DNA of 64,000 bases from positions 605 through 64,604 of the forward strand of contig URCY01000002.1 of NCBI GenBank assembly GCA_900546415.1, read 5' to 3'. The stretch's first letter is position 1, and each line of letters begins with the position of its first letter. Below are positions 28,385-38,341 of this stretch, piece by piece. Both the position numbers and the translations under genes were made by a program. The DNA comes from an uncultured Eubacteriales bacterium (lineage in GTDB: Bacteria > Bacillota > Clostridia > Oscillospirales > Oscillospiraceae). The notes below the pieces were generated by a model that searched no databases, had not been told where the DNA came from, and was given only the letters and a program-made list of their open reading frames with translations.

Positions 28385-29593
28385 TCAGGGCAGGGAAATG
28401 CAGGACATCGGATTGATCGTCTCGCCGTTTTTGAACACGGTGAAGTGCAGGTGCGGACCGGTGGAGTTGCCGGTTGAGCCGACATAGCCGATCACGTCGC
28501 CCTGCGAAACGATCTGCCCCTCGTAGACGTTGAGGGCGGACTGGTGAGCATAAAGGGTGGAGAAGCCGTCGCCGTGGTTGATGACGACATGGTTGCCGTA
28601 GCCGTTGCCCCAGCCGATGCAGGCTGTCGTGACCACGCCGGACTTGCTGGCGAAGATCGGCGTGCCCGTTACGGCGGCGAGATCGACGCCGTTGTGCAGG
28701 CGCGTCACGCCGGAGATCGGGTGCACGCGGTAGCCGTAAGGCGAGGTCATGCACTGATAGCCGTTGAGAGACACCGGGAAAAGGAACCCGGCCTCCGTTA
28801 CGACCGGAACGTAGTTATTCTGCTGCTGTTGGCGGTTCAGCTCCTCCTCACGCGCGGCGATCTCCTTTTCGAGCGCGTCCATGTCGTCCTGAATGCGCTC
28901 CTGCTCCTCGACCAGATCCTGTCGGCTGGCGATCAGCTCGGAAATGGCCTGATCGGATTCGGCGCGCTTATGCTCCAGCGCCTCCTGCGCGGCAGCCTGC
29001 TCGACCTTCTTTTCCTCGAGCATGGCCTTCTGCTCCGTGAGGGATTCCTTCGCCAGAAGCACCTGCTCGGCGTTTTCCCGGATCTGTCCGAGCATCCGCT
29101 GGTCACTGGCGGCGATCTCCTCGACCATGGTCTTGCGCATCAGCATATCCTCAAAGCTGGCGGAGTGAAACAGCACCTGCCAATAGCTGATGTTGCCGCG
29201 CTCTTGTAAGGAGCGCATACGCAGACGGAACTTCTGCATCAGCGTGTTTTGCTTTTCGGTCAGCTCGTCCAGCTCGGCCTGCTTTTCGGCGACGAGAAGA
29301 TTATACTGGTGAATCTGCGCCTCCAGATTTTCAACCTCCTGCCGTGCAAGCTCGAGATCGTTGTCGATCCGCATTTTCTCTTCGGCAAACGAGAGCGTCT
29401 GCGCGTCGTTTTCGTCGATCTGATTCTCAATTTCCTTCTGCTGCTGCTCAATGCGGTCGGCCTCCTCCTTCAGGCGGTCGATCTCATCCTGAATGTCGGA
29501 CGAATTCTCGGCGGAAACGGCCGGAAGCATGGCGCACAGGGCGGCAAGCACGAGCAAAAAGGCGACCATTCGGCGAATTTTTGCAAAATACAT
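28385..29593 (-). CDS. M23-family peptidoglycan metalloendopeptidase with an N-terminal coiled-coil (EnvC-like)
   Basis: HxxxD and HLH motifs (HNGVDLAA ... GSTGNSTGPHLHFTV). Signal/TM segment followed by a long coiled-coil. AGGAGG ribosome-binding site before ATG at complement 29593. Confidence 0.85.
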   Translation of the reverse strand: MYFAKIRRMVAFLLVLAALCAMLPAVSAENSSDIQDEIDRLKEEADRIEQQQKEIENQIDENDAQTLSFAEEKMRIDNDLELARQEVENLEAQIHQYNLLVAEKQAELDELTEKQNTLMQKFRLRMRSLQERGNISYWQVLFHSASFEDMLMRKTMVEEIAASDQRMLGQIRENAEQVLLAKESLTEQKAMLEEKKVEQAAAQEALEHKRAESDQAISELIASRQDLVEEQERIQDDMDALEKEIAAREEELNRQQQQNNYVPVVTEAGFLFPVSLNGYQCMTSPYGYRVHPISGVTRLHNGVDLAAVTGTPIFASKSGVVTTACIGWGNGYGNHVVINHGDGFSTLYAHQSALNVYEGQIVSQGDVIGYVGSTGNSTGPHLHFTVFKNGETINPMSCISLP

Positions 29594-29607
29594 GGAAAAC
29601 CTCCTAT

Positions 29608-29705
29608 GGAACCTCTGAATCAATCGGCAGCGGCGCTCAGCGGGTTTTTCCCCAACTGATCCTTGAAATACACAAAGGATTCCTGCGATTTCATCAGAGT
29701 TTCCC
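29608..29705. repeat. MITE-like repeat, copy A (98 bp, ~19-bp imperfect TIRs, flanked by TA/TA); lies in the 5' UTR of the M23 peptidase mRNA
   Basis: Left end GGAACCTCTGAATCAATCG and right end CGATTTCATCAGAGTTTCC are inverted repeats. TA at 29606-7 and 29706-7. Homologous copies at 42586, 56717 and 58687. Confidence 0.7.
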
Positions 29706-29731
29706 TATCTTTTGATAGACAGATACCTTGT

Positions 29732-29760
29732 ATTTTAGCACAAACGGTCGAAAATTGCAA
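29732..29760 (-). promoter_or_regulatory. Sigma-A promoter of the M23 peptidase gene (minus strand)
   Basis: On the minus strand: TTGCAA, 17-nt spacer, TAAAAT. Confidence 0.55.
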
Positions 29761-29814
29761 GCTCAAGAGGCGCGGAATCCCAGTACACGCAAAAAATTCA
29801 TGGATGGTTCAAAA

Positions 29815-30171
29815 TCATTGCAGCAGCGCGTCGTATTCCGGCTCAGAGCAGAACGTGACCGTCAGGCGGTTCGGCAGACAGACGATCGGCGCTCCGGAGC
29901 TCGCCGCACCGTGCCGCACGCAGTCCTGCGTCGGGCAGGAGGCGGCTGTCACGGATGCCTTGCCGCCGCGCACGGTCACGACGTTCCAGCCGTATTCGGA
30001 TTCGATGCGATACTCACCGTCCACGGATAGGGGAACGGTCCTGACCGGTTTGCCGTCGGAGCAGATCTCGATCGAATCCGCCTCGGGGGCATATTGCGCC
30101 AAGGCCAGCGCCGCAATGCCGCACAGCAGCGCCAGCGCAAGAAACAGCAGAATCCAATGCTTCGTTTTCAT
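29815..30171 (-). CDS. NusG-domain-II-containing small membrane protein (ApbE-associated)
   Basis: N-terminal TM segment, CPTQDC and IVCLPNRL motifs. Overlaps the apbE 3' end. Confidence 0.6.
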   Translation of the reverse strand: MKTKHWILLFLALALLCGIAALALAQYAPEADSIEICSDGKPVRTVPLSVDGEYRIESEYGWNVVTVRGGKASVTAASCPTQDCVRHGAASSGAPIVCLPNRLTVTFCSEPEYDALLQ

Positions 30172-31154
30172 GGTTCGATCACCTGAAATTCACAGCCGCT
30201 CAGCAGGACGGCCGCGCCCTTTGTTGCATAGACCGTGCCGTCCTCCAGCACGAATACGGCCTCAAAGCCGCCGTTCCTGCGCCAGAATTCCGTCGCGCGC
30301 TCCAGTCCCATGACGAAGAGCGCCGTGGAATAGCAGTCGGCAGTCAGACCGTTGCCGCAGAGGACGGTCACGGAGCGCAGGCCGCTCTGCGCCGGATAGC
30401 CGGTCTTGGGGTCGAGAATGTGATGATAGCGCACGCCGTCCTGCTCGAAATAGCGCTGGTAGCTCCCCGAGGTCACGACAGCCATCGAGCCGGAGAAGCG
30501 CAGCAGCGCCAGCGCCCGCGTCGGCTCGTCGGGGTCTGCGATGCCGACCGTCCAGTCTGAGCCATCGGGCTTCTTGCCGAGGGTCTGCACATTCCCGCCG
30601 AATTGCAGCAGGGCGCAGGAGATACCGCGCGCCTCCAGCAGCTCGGCGCACCGTTGCGCGGCGTAGCCCTTGGCTGCGCCGCCAAGGTCGAGCTGCGTGC
30701 CGCCGTCGAGCGTCACGGTTTGCGCTTCCATCTGAACATGCGCCGTGCCGACGGTTTGCAGCGCCGCGCGCAGGGTCTTTTCATCCGGCACGCGCTGCTG
30801 TCCGTCGGGAAAGCCCCATGCCTCCACGAGGGCGCAGACCGTCGGGTCAAAGCAGCCGTCCGTCTCGCGGCTGAGGCGTATGCATTCGCTCAGCAGCGCG
30901 ATCAGCTCGTCGGAGCAGACGGCCGAGCCGTTCTGATTGAGCGCCGCGAGCGTGCCGCTGCCCGTGACGGAGAGGGCGGCGTCGAGCCGGTTGACCTCCT
31001 GCACGGCGGCGGTGAGATCATCCCGCGTGCCCCATATGCGGGCACGCATCAGCGTATCCATTGCAAAAAAATCCTCCGAGACAGGCTCGGACGCCCCGCT
31101 GCAGCCGGTCAAAAGCAGCGGCAGGAGCAGAAGCAGGCAGAAAAGTCGTTTCAT
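30168..31154 (-). CDS. apbE: FAD:protein FMN transferase (ApbE family) lipoprotein
   Basis: Lipobox LLTGCSGAS. ApbE core with VTSGSYQRYFE...HHILDPKTG. Confidence 0.8.
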   Translation of the reverse strand: MKRLFCLLLLLPLLLTGCSGASEPVSEDFFAMDTLMRARIWGTRDDLTAAVQEVNRLDAALSVTGSGTLAALNQNGSAVCSDELIALLSECIRLSRETDGCFDPTVCALVEAWGFPDGQQRVPDEKTLRAALQTVGTAHVQMEAQTVTLDGGTQLDLGGAAKGYAAQRCAELLEARGISCALLQFGGNVQTLGKKPDGSDWTVGIADPDEPTRALALLRFSGSMAVVTSGSYQRYFEQDGVRYHHILDPKTGYPAQSGLRSVTVLCGNGLTADCYSTALFVMGLERATEFWRRNGGFEAVFVLEDGTVYATKGAAVLLSGCEFQVIEP

Positions 31155-31230
31155 GGCAGCCTCGCAGTTCAAAATAGGTCGATTCTTCAAAAATATTATA
31201 GCAAAAACCGAAAAAAATAGCAAATAGTAT

Positions 31231-31259
31231 TTGACAAAACGGATTATGAATGATAAAAT
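31231..31259 (+). promoter_or_regulatory. Sigma-A promoter of the rplU-prp-rpmA operon, followed by an ~85-nt structured leader (possible L21 leader)
   Basis: TTGACA, 17-nt spacer, TAAAAT. Leader region 31260–31343 precedes the rplU start. Confidence 0.55.
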
Positions 31260-31343
31260 AGGAAAGCCGCATTGAAGAGGTTTTCAAGCTGAGCGTGCTC
31301 ACACCTCCAGAGCGAGACTACAAAAAAGGTAGGTGCAAACAGA

Positions 31344-31655
31344 ATGCAGGCAGTTATCGTTACCGGTGGCAAGCAGTACAGCGTCAAGGAAGGCGACATC
31401 ATCTATGTCGAGAAGCTCGGCGCCGAGGCTGACGCAACCGTAACCTTCGATCAGGTGCTGGCAGTCGTGGACGGCGAGAATTCCAAGTTCGGTGCTCCCG
31501 TCGTGGCAGGCGCTTCCGTCGAGGCGAAGGTCCTGAAGAACGGCAAGTCCAAGAAGATCACCGTCTTCAAGTATCGCCCGAAGAAGGACTCCAAGTCCAT
31601 CCGCGGCCACAGACAGCCTTACACGAAGGTGCAGATCGAGAAGATCTCTCTGTAA
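31344..31655 (+). CDS. rplU: 50S ribosomal protein L21
   Basis: [18 protein letters not shown]...; 103 aa. Confidence 0.95.
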   Translation: MQAVIVTGGKQYSVKEGDIIYVEKLGAEADATVTFDQVLAVVDGENSKFGAPVVAGASVEAKVLKNGKSKKITVFKYRPKKDSKSIRGHRQPYTKVQIEKISL

Positions 31656-31984
31656 TGATTAAGGTAGAGCTTTTCGACCAGAACGGAAGAATCAGCGGAT
31701 TCTCCGTGTCGGGGCATAGCGGCTATGCAGAGGCGGGCAGCGACATCGTGTGCGCTTCCGTCACGACTGCAGTTAGATTCGCAGAATGTATCATCAACGA
31801 CGTGCTCGGCAATCATTGCCGCTGCAAGGTCGACGAAAACAAGGACATGCCCCGCGTCACCCTCACACTTCCCGCAGTCTGCGACGATGAGGACGCAGTT
31901 CAGGCGGTGCTCGGCGGCTTCGTGCTGACCGTGTGCGCGCTGCGGGACGACTATCCTGATTATATCGAAGTTATGGAGGTGTAA
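31655..31984 (+). CDS. prp: Ribosomal-processing cysteine protease Prp
   Basis: Located between rplU and rpmA. Motifs SGHSGYAEAGSDIVCASV. Confidence 0.85.
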   Translation: MIKVELFDQNGRISGFSVSGHSGYAEAGSDIVCASVTTAVRFAECIINDVLGNHCRCKVDENKDMPRVTLTLPAVCDDEDAVQAVLGGFVLTVCALRDDYPDYIEVMEV

Positions 31985-31987
31985 CAA

Positions 31988-32272
31988 ATGCTGAAAATCG
32001 GTTTTCAGTTCTTCGCTCATAAGAAGGGCGGCGGTTCCACTAAGAACGGCCGTGATTCCGAGTCCAAGAGACTGGGCGTGAAGCGCGCGGACGGCCAGTT
32101 CGTTCTCGCGGGCAACATTCTCGTTCGCCAGAGAGGCACGCACATTCATCCGGGTACCAACGTCGGTATCGGCAGCGACGACACCCTGTTCGCCAAGGTT
32201 GACGGCCACGTCAAGTTCGAGCGCAAGGGCAAGGATCGCAAGCAGTGCTCCGTCTACGCGGTGGAGCAGTAA
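31988..32272 (+). CDS. rpmA: 50S ribosomal protein L27 with a Prp-cleaved N-terminal extension
   Basis: [24 protein letters not shown]; the FAHKKG cleavage motif. Confidence 0.95.
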   Translation: MLKIGFQFFAHKKGGGSTKNGRDSESKRLGVKRADGQFVLAGNILVRQRGTHIHPGTNVGIGSDDTLFAKVDGHVKFERKGKDRKQCSVYAVEQ

Positions 32273-32284
32273 GATGCAATACGG

Positions 32285-32322
32285 AATCCCGAACATAAGA
32301 CCCTTATGTTCGGGATTTTTTA
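32285..32322 (+). terminator. Rho-independent terminator after rpmA
   Basis: aatcccgaacataag...cttatgttcgggatt followed by ttttt. Confidence 0.7.
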
Positions 32323-32337
32323 TAGAGGAGACGCGAA

Positions 32338-32853
32338 ATGGAACGCAGGATCGAAACTGAGCGGTTGATCCTCCGCCCAATTGGCGTGGAGGACGCACTC
32401 GCTGTCTTTGCGTGGACGAGCGACCCGGAGGTCAACCGCTATATGCCCTATCCGCTGCATCGCGATCTTTCCGAGACCGAGGCGTGGATCGTCTCGATCC
32501 GTCCGGAGGATCTGGAATTCGGCTTTTTCCGTAAGGAGGACGGCCTGCTGATTGGCACGGGCGGCGTCGGAAAGGGCAGCGACGGGTTTCATCATCTGGG
32601 ATATAACCTCCGCCGCGATATGTGGGGCAGGGGCTACGCCACAGAGGCGGCGAAAGCTATGCTCTTGTGGGGACACCGGGAGTTTGGTATCTGCGATTTT
32701 GCCGCGGATCACGCGGTTGCCAACACAGCCTCCGGCAATGTCATCCGAAAATGCGGATTTCAACTTGTCCGCCGCGGAACATATGATAAATTTGACGGCA
32801 GCGAGACCTTTGACGCAGCGTTTTATGAGCTGCATCTGAAAGGGGAACCTTAA
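32338..32853 (+). CDS. GNAT-family N-acetyltransferase (RimJ/RimL-like)
   Basis: 171 aa. Acetyl-CoA binding motif region (GYATEAAKAMLLWG). Confidence 0.75.
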   Translation: MERRIETERLILRPIGVEDALAVFAWTSDPEVNRYMPYPLHRDLSETEAWIVSIRPEDLEFGFFRKEDGLLIGTGGVGKGSDGFHHLGYNLRRDMWGRGYATEAAKAMLLWGHREFGICDFAADHAVANTASGNVIRKCGFQLVRRGTYDKFDGSETFDAAFYELHLKGEP

Positions 32854-34128
32854 ATGTTTATTGATAAAGCGAAGATCACGGTCAAGGCCGGCAACGGCGG
32901 AAACGGCGCCGTGGCGTTCCATCGCGAGAAATATGTCGCGGCGGGCGGGCCGGACGGCGGCGACGGCGGCCGCGGCGGCAACATCGTCCTGCGCGTGAAC
33001 GACAATCTTTCCACACTGATGGACTTCCGCTATAAGCGCAAATACACCGCGCCCAACGGCATGGACGGGCAGGGCAGCCGCTGCTCCGGCAAGCGCGGCG
33101 AGGATCTGGTCATTCAGGTGCCGCGCGGCACGGTCGTGCGCGATTCCGCGACCAACGAGGTCATCAAGGATATGTCCGACGATGCCGATTTTGTCCTCTG
33201 CAAGGGCGGACGCGGCGGCTGGGGCAACAAGCATTTCGCCACGCCGACGCGTCAGGTGCCGCGCTTTGCAAAATCCGGCCTGCTGGGCGAGGAGCACGAG
33301 GTCATCCTCGAGCTGAAGCTTTTGGCCGACGTCGGTCTGGTCGGCTTTCCGAACGTCGGCAAGTCGACGCTGCTGTCCGTCACGTCGAACGCGCGGCCGA
33401 AGATCGCGAATTACCATTTCACCACGCTCTATCCGAATCTCGGCGTGATCTATGTCGAGGAGGGCGTGTCCTTCGTCATGGCCGATATTCCCGGCATCAT
33501 TGAGGGCGCGGCCGAGGGCGCGGGTCTGGGGCATGATTTCCTGCGGCACATCGACCGCTGCCGCCTGCTCGTGCACATCGTCGACGTCTCCGGCAGCGAG
33601 GGGCGCGACCCGATCGAGGATTTTGAAAAGATCAATGCCGAGCTTGCCGAGTATTCACCGGAGCTTGCCGCGCGGCCGATGTTGGTTGCGGCGAACAAGT
33701 GCGACCTGCTGCCCGAGGGCAGCGACAATCTCGAGCGACTGCGTCAATATGTGACGGAGCGCGGCTATGAATTCTATGAAATTTCCGCCGCCACGACGCA
33801 GGGCACGCGCCGCCTGACGCAGGTGATCGCCTCGAGGCTGCGCGACCTGCCTCCGGTCACGGTCTACGAGCCGGAATATGTCAAGCCGCTGCCCGAGGCG
33901 GGCGAGGCGGACGCGCTCACGATCGAGCACATGGACGATCTCTGGGTCGTCTCCGGCCGCTGGCTTCAGCAGCTCATCAGCGACATCAACTTCGCCGATT
34001 ATGAATCGCGGATGTACTTCGACCGTCAGCTCCGCAAGAGCGGTCTGTTTGAAAGGCTGGAGCAGATGGGCATCGAGGACGGCGACACCGTCAGCATCTA
34101 TGACTTTGAATTCGACTACGAGCGATAA
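32854..34128 (+). CDS. obg: GTPase Obg
   Basis: Obg-fold N-terminus (FIDKAKITVKAGNGGNGAVAFHREK). GTPase motifs GFPNVGKST, DIPG and NKCD. C-terminal OCT domain. Confidence 0.95.
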   Translation: MFIDKAKITVKAGNGGNGAVAFHREKYVAAGGPDGGDGGRGGNIVLRVNDNLSTLMDFRYKRKYTAPNGMDGQGSRCSGKRGEDLVIQVPRGTVVRDSATNEVIKDMSDDADFVLCKGGRGGWGNKHFATPTRQVPRFAKSGLLGEEHEVILELKLLADVGLVGFPNVGKSTLLSVTSNARPKIANYHFTTLYPNLGVIYVEEGVSFVMADIPGIIEGAAEGAGLGHDFLRHIDRCRLLVHIVDVSGSEGRDPIEDFEKINAELAEYSPELAARPMLVAANKCDLLPEGSDNLERLRQYVTERGYEFYEISAATTQGTRRLTQVIASRLRDLPPVTVYEPEYVKPLPEAGEADALTIEHMDDLWVVSGRWLQQLISDINFADYESRMYFDRQLRKSGLFERLEQMGIEDGDTVSIYDFEFDYER

Positions 34129-34361
34129 TTATTCTGAAAAATAACGCTTATTTTCAATTTGTTCCGTTTCTATTCATAATCTATTCATAATTATCGAGTA
34201 TACTGCAAATGTAAGGACGAGGTGAGCCGCAACACCCACTCCTTGCAGTCCATCTTTTCATTTATCTCTCTTTTATTTTCTCTCTCTCATTTCTGTTGCG
34301 AATGCCCAGTCTTCCAACCCCCTCGGAAGGCTGGGTATTTGCATATCCATGCAACGAAAGC

Positions 34362-34412
34362 ACCCCGCGCGGTCTGATTGATGCGAGCCGCGCGGGGTTT
34401 CGTTTGCTTTTT
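34362..34412. terminator. Bidirectional GC-rich terminator hairpin between convergent obg and acnX
   Basis: accccgcgcgg...ccgcgcggggt followed by a T-rich run. Confidence 0.6.
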
Positions 34413-34419
34413 GGCGGGA

Positions 34420-34857
34420 TCAGTCCGAAAGCTCGACCACGCCGTTTTCCTTGATCTCGACGGTCATGCCGTCCTTGACCTCGTTGAGGAACCCGTCGCC
34501 CAGTCCGTCGACCGTCGGGATGTTGTTGGGCGTCCAGACGGAGGCGAGGATCGCGCCGGCCGCCGCCAGCGAATCGATCGGCTTGGAGAACAGCAGCGCG
34601 CCGGGATTGCAGTTGATAACCGCCGAGTTATACAGCACCATGCCGCCTGTGGTCGAGCCGATCGTCTGCGGCAGACAGAGCGCCACGCCGACCGTGCTCT
34701 TTCCGTAAAGCTCGGGGTTGTTCTGGTCGGTGCAGATATTTTTGCCCTGCTTGCAGCCCTTATAGGACGCGAGGGTGTTGAAGCCTGCGTGCGAAACGAG
34801 CGCCTTGAGCGTGGCCGTTCCGGGCACGACGACGCGCCCCTGATATTGCTTTTTCAT
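34420..34857 (-). CDS. Aconitase X swivel-domain subunit (AcnX small subunit, DUF126)
   Basis: 146 aa starting MKKQYQGRVVVPG. AGGAGG ribosome-binding site. ATGA overlap with the large subunit. Confidence 0.7.
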   Translation of the reverse strand: MKKQYQGRVVVPGTATLKALVSHAGFNTLASYKGCKQGKNICTDQNNPELYGKSTVGVALCLPQTIGSTTGGMVLYNSAVINCNPGALLFSKPIDSLAAAGAILASVWTPNNIPTVDGLGDGFLNEVKDGMTVEIKENGVVELSD

Positions 34858-36128
34858 CGCTTGGCACCTCCTGTGATCTGGTCGAGAATTTCTGCGTCGG
34901 AATAATAGCGCGAGGTGGTGTAGGTGCGCAGCTTGTTGGAGTTCGTGATGACCGGCATCGTGGCGCACTGCGGATTGTTCATGTACATCAGCGGGCAGAT
35001 ATAGGAGAGCACCACGCCCATGGCGCGCAGCCGTTCAAAGCGCTCCGTCTTGCGGAATTTTTCCAAAACGGCGGGAGCCGTCGTGAAGACGGTGCGAATG
35101 GCGACCTTTTTGCGCCCGGCGGACTTGAGCTTCTGCTCCAGACGGTCCGTCCAGTCGTTGAGCTGGGAGAAGGTGAGGTGCGGACAGCCGATGAAGCAGA
35201 GCTTGGGCTTGGCGTCCGGATTCTTCCAGATCACGGGGTAGCTCTTGCGCACGCGCTCCAGCTCGGCGTCGTCGATGACATAGGTCTGCACGTTTTCCTT
35301 CAGCAGATAGGCGCCCTGCTCGACGGCCTCGGGCGTCAGATTTTCAATGTGGTAGAGGCCGACCGAGCCGTTGGAGGCCGTCGCTGCGCCGAAATCCTTG
35401 AGGTAGGCGCAGGTGTCGTCGTCCAGCTCCGTGCCGAGCCAGCGGTCAAGCCCGCGGATATAGGGCACGTCCTCGAGCACCTTCATGCCGACGGCCGAGC
35501 CGAGCAGCTGCGCCTCGGGCTTTTTGCTCGTTTTGACCTCGACGATCCACGAAGCCTTGCGCCCCTCGTCGGTCAAAAGGCCGAAGTAGGGGACATAGCC
35601 GACGATCGAGCCGAACATCTCGATGATGCCGGAGTTGCGATTGCAGCGCGCGCCGAGCACGGAGTTTGCAAAATTCACCGCGCTGGATTCCGCCCACGAG
35701 AGCACGTCGCCCTTTTTCGGCCGGTTGCCGACCTCGGGGAAGTAGCACGCGCAGGTGAAGGCGTCGTCGCGGAGCAGGCCGATCTGCTCAAGCTGCTTTT
35801 CATAGCGCTTCTGCGGGCCGTACATGATCTTGAAGAACAGATTCTGGATCGGATTGGCCGGGACGTTTTTGTCCACCGGGCGCGGATCGGCGGAGAATTT
35901 TTGCTTCGCCGTCACCCCGGCGTCGACGAGCTGATCCATCAGGTCAAAGACGCCTTGGATCAGAAAAATGCCGAAGCTCGTGACGATGTGACCATAGTCC
36001 GAGGTGATCGGCACCATCTTGGTCGCGCCGAAGGTCTCGCCGTACATGACGAGGGTCTTCATGATCTTGGCCATGACCTCGCCCTGCTCGCCGTCTAAGA
36101 TTGCCTGTTGTTCGTGTGTCAGTTCCAT
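34854..36128 (-). CDS. Aconitase X catalytic subunit (AcnX large subunit, DUF521; cis-3-hydroxy-L-proline dehydratase / mevalonate-5-phosphate dehydratase family)
   Basis: 424 aa with conserved Cys/Ser clusters. AGGAGG ribosome-binding site before ATG 36128. Confidence 0.7.
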   Translation of the reverse strand: MELTHEQQAILDGEQGEVMAKIMKTLVMYGETFGATKMVPITSDYGHIVTSFGIFLIQGVFDLMDQLVDAGVTAKQKFSADPRPVDKNVPANPIQNLFFKIMYGPQKRYEKQLEQIGLLRDDAFTCACYFPEVGNRPKKGDVLSWAESSAVNFANSVLGARCNRNSGIIEMFGSIVGYVPYFGLLTDEGRKASWIVEVKTSKKPEAQLLGSAVGMKVLEDVPYIRGLDRWLGTELDDDTCAYLKDFGAATASNGSVGLYHIENLTPEAVEQGAYLLKENVQTYVIDDAELERVRKSYPVIWKNPDAKPKLCFIGCPHLTFSQLNDWTDRLEQKLKSAGRKKVAIRTVFTTAPAVLEKFRKTERFERLRAMGVVLSYICPLMYMNNPQCATMPVITNSNKLRTYTTSRYYSDAEILDQITGGAKR

Positions 36129-36143
36129 GGATAGCCTCCTTTT

Positions 36144-38198
36144 TTACAGCTTCATCGCGACGTCCCATGCGCGCCAGATGACGGTGCGCAGGTTGCCGAC
36201 GGCGTTGCAGTCGCCGACAAGATGAATGTGCTTGCCCGCAGGGGCAAGCGGCGCGGGCTGATAGCCCACGGAGAGCAGCACCGTGTCGCCGTCGATGGGG
36301 AAGGTCCTGCCGTCCTTGCCGCGCACGAGCACGCCCGTGTCGGTGATCTCGGCAAGCGCGGTCTCAAGGTGCACCTCGACCTCGTGCAGGGCGAAGAAAT
36401 CGCGCAGGTAGGACGAGTTGGCAAGGCAGACGCCCTTGACGGCTATGAGGTCGTTTTTCATCTCGACGATCACGGGCGTCTTGCCCTTTTGATAGAGGTC
36501 GAGCGCGATCTCGCAGCCGGTCAGACCGCCGCCGATGATGATGACCCTTTGACCGACCTCGGCGCGGTCGAGCAGGTAGTCGCAGGCCTCAATGGCGCGC
36601 TCTGCGCCCTTGACGGGCAGGCGGCGCGGCGTGCTGCCGGTCGCGACAACGATCTCGTCGGCCGTCAGCTCGCGCAGGGCGCGGATCTCCGTGTTGAGCC
36701 TGACGTCGACATTCAGGTCGCGCAGCTCTTTTTCATACCAGCGGATCAGGTCGCGATCCTTTTCCTTGAACGAGGGGGCGGCCGCCGCGATAAAGACGCC
36801 GCCGAGCCGGTCGGACTTTTCATACAGCGTGACCTTATGCCCGCGCAGCGTGAGCACGCGCGCGGCCTCCATACCGCCGATGCCGCCGCCGATGACGGCG
36901 ATTTTTTTCGGCTTGTCCGTGCGGCTGAGGAAGTATTTTTTCGACTGCATCGTCTCCGGATTCAGCGCGCAGCGCGCCATACCGGCGTTGTCGGAAAGCG
37001 TCTGGTCGTTGCCGACGCCGTTGTAGTGCGCCATGTTGAAGCAGGCGTTGTGGCAGCAGATGCAGGGACGGATCGCGTCCTGCTCGTCGTGCATCAGCTT
37101 CGTGACCCATGCCGGGTCGGCCAGGAACTGCCGCGCGACGCCCACGGCGTCGATCTCGCCCGAGGCGACGGCCTGCGCGCCGACGGCCGGATCCATGCGC
37201 CCGGCGCAGACGACGGGGATGTCGACAAATTTCTTGATGTGCTTGACCTCGGAAAGATTGCAGTTTTCGGGCATGTAGGGAGCCGGGTGCGCCCAGTACC
37301 ACGCGTCATAAGTACCGTTGTCGCAGTTGAGCATGTCGTAGCCGGCGTCCTGCAAATATTTCGCGGCGCGCTCGCTCTCGGCCATGTCGCGGCCGACCTC
37401 GACGTATTCCTCGCCGGGCAGGGCGCCCTTGCCGAAGCCCTTGGTCTTGGAGACGACGGAGTAGCGCAGCGAGACGGGGAAGTCCTTGCCGCAGACCTTC
37501 TTGATGGCCTGCACGATCTCGACCGGGAAGCGGTAGCGGTTTTCAAACGAGCCGCCGTATTCATCGGTGCGCAGGTTGGTGTATTTCATGGTGAACTGGT
37601 CGAGCAGATAGCCCTCGTGAACCGCGTGGATCTCCACGCCGTCGACGCCTGCGTCCATGCAGAGCTTGGCCGTCTTGGCGAAGGCGTCGACCATCTGGCG
37701 GATCTCCTTGACCGTCAGCGGACGGGAGATGCAGCTATCCTCCCAGCGGTTCGGCGTGGCGCTGGCGCTGGCGGTCAGATAGCTCACATCGAGCACGGGC
37801 TTCATGACCGCGGCGAGCGCCTTGTTGTGCAGCGCCTTGATCATAATGTCGTTGATGGCGAGCGAGCGGCCGAAGCCTGCCGTGAGCTGAACAAAGAGCT
37901 TGCAGCCGGTCTTGTGGAATTCCTGCATGAATTCGCGCAGCTCGTCGAATTTTCCCTTGCCCTGATAGAGCCATTTGCCGAGCAGAATGTCGCGAATGGG
38001 GGCGATACCGGGCAGGATCAGGCCGACGTTCTGCTTCGCGCGGTCGAGCAGGAACTTGGCCGCCTCCTTGTCAAAGTGGTTCGGCTCCATCCAGCCGAAG
38101 ATCGACGTGCCGCCCATGGAGGTCATGACGATGCGGTTTTTGATCTCGACGCTGCCGATCTTCCACGGCGTGAAGAGCGGTTCATAAGCTTGGTTCAT
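36144..38198 (-). CDS. Old-Yellow-Enzyme-type NADH:flavin oxidoreductase fused to an FAD/NAD(P)-binding domain (2,4-dienoyl-CoA / 2-enoate reductase-like)
   Basis: N-terminal OYE TIM-barrel (KNRIVMTSMG..., HAVHEGYLL). 4Fe-4S Cys cluster CxxC..C. C-terminal GGGIGGMEAA Rossmann domain. Confidence 0.75.
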   Translation of the reverse strand: MNQAYEPLFTPWKIGSVEIKNRIVMTSMGGTSIFGWMEPNHFDKEAAKFLLDRAKQNVGLILPGIAPIRDILLGKWLYQGKGKFDELREFMQEFHKTGCKLFVQLTAGFGRSLAINDIMIKALHNKALAAVMKPVLDVSYLTASASATPNRWEDSCISRPLTVKEIRQMVDAFAKTAKLCMDAGVDGVEIHAVHEGYLLDQFTMKYTNLRTDEYGGSFENRYRFPVEIVQAIKKVCGKDFPVSLRYSVVSKTKGFGKGALPGEEYVEVGRDMAESERAAKYLQDAGYDMLNCDNGTYDAWYWAHPAPYMPENCNLSEVKHIKKFVDIPVVCAGRMDPAVGAQAVASGEIDAVGVARQFLADPAWVTKLMHDEQDAIRPCICCHNACFNMAHYNGVGNDQTLSDNAGMARCALNPETMQSKKYFLSRTDKPKKIAVIGGGIGGMEAARVLTLRGHKVTLYEKSDRLGGVFIAAAAPSFKEKDRDLIRWYEKELRDLNVDVRLNTEIRALRELTADEIVVATGSTPRRLPVKGAERAIEACDYLLDRAEVGQRVIIIGGGLTGCEIALDLYQKGKTPVIVEMKNDLIAVKGVCLANSSYLRDFFALHEVEVHLETALAEITDTGVLVRGKDGRTFPIDGDTVLLSVGYQPAPLAPAGKHIHLVGDCNAVGNLRTVIWRAWDVAMKL

Positions 38199-38341
38199 GC
38201 TGTTTCCCAGCCTTTCTTCCTAGATTACGATTCCATTATAACTCCAATCAGCCGAAACGGCAAGCATATCATACGACACAAACCGACTTTTTGCACAAAG
38301 AAGCGTCCCAACGCAGTTGTCCTGCGGCGGGACGCTTCGCT

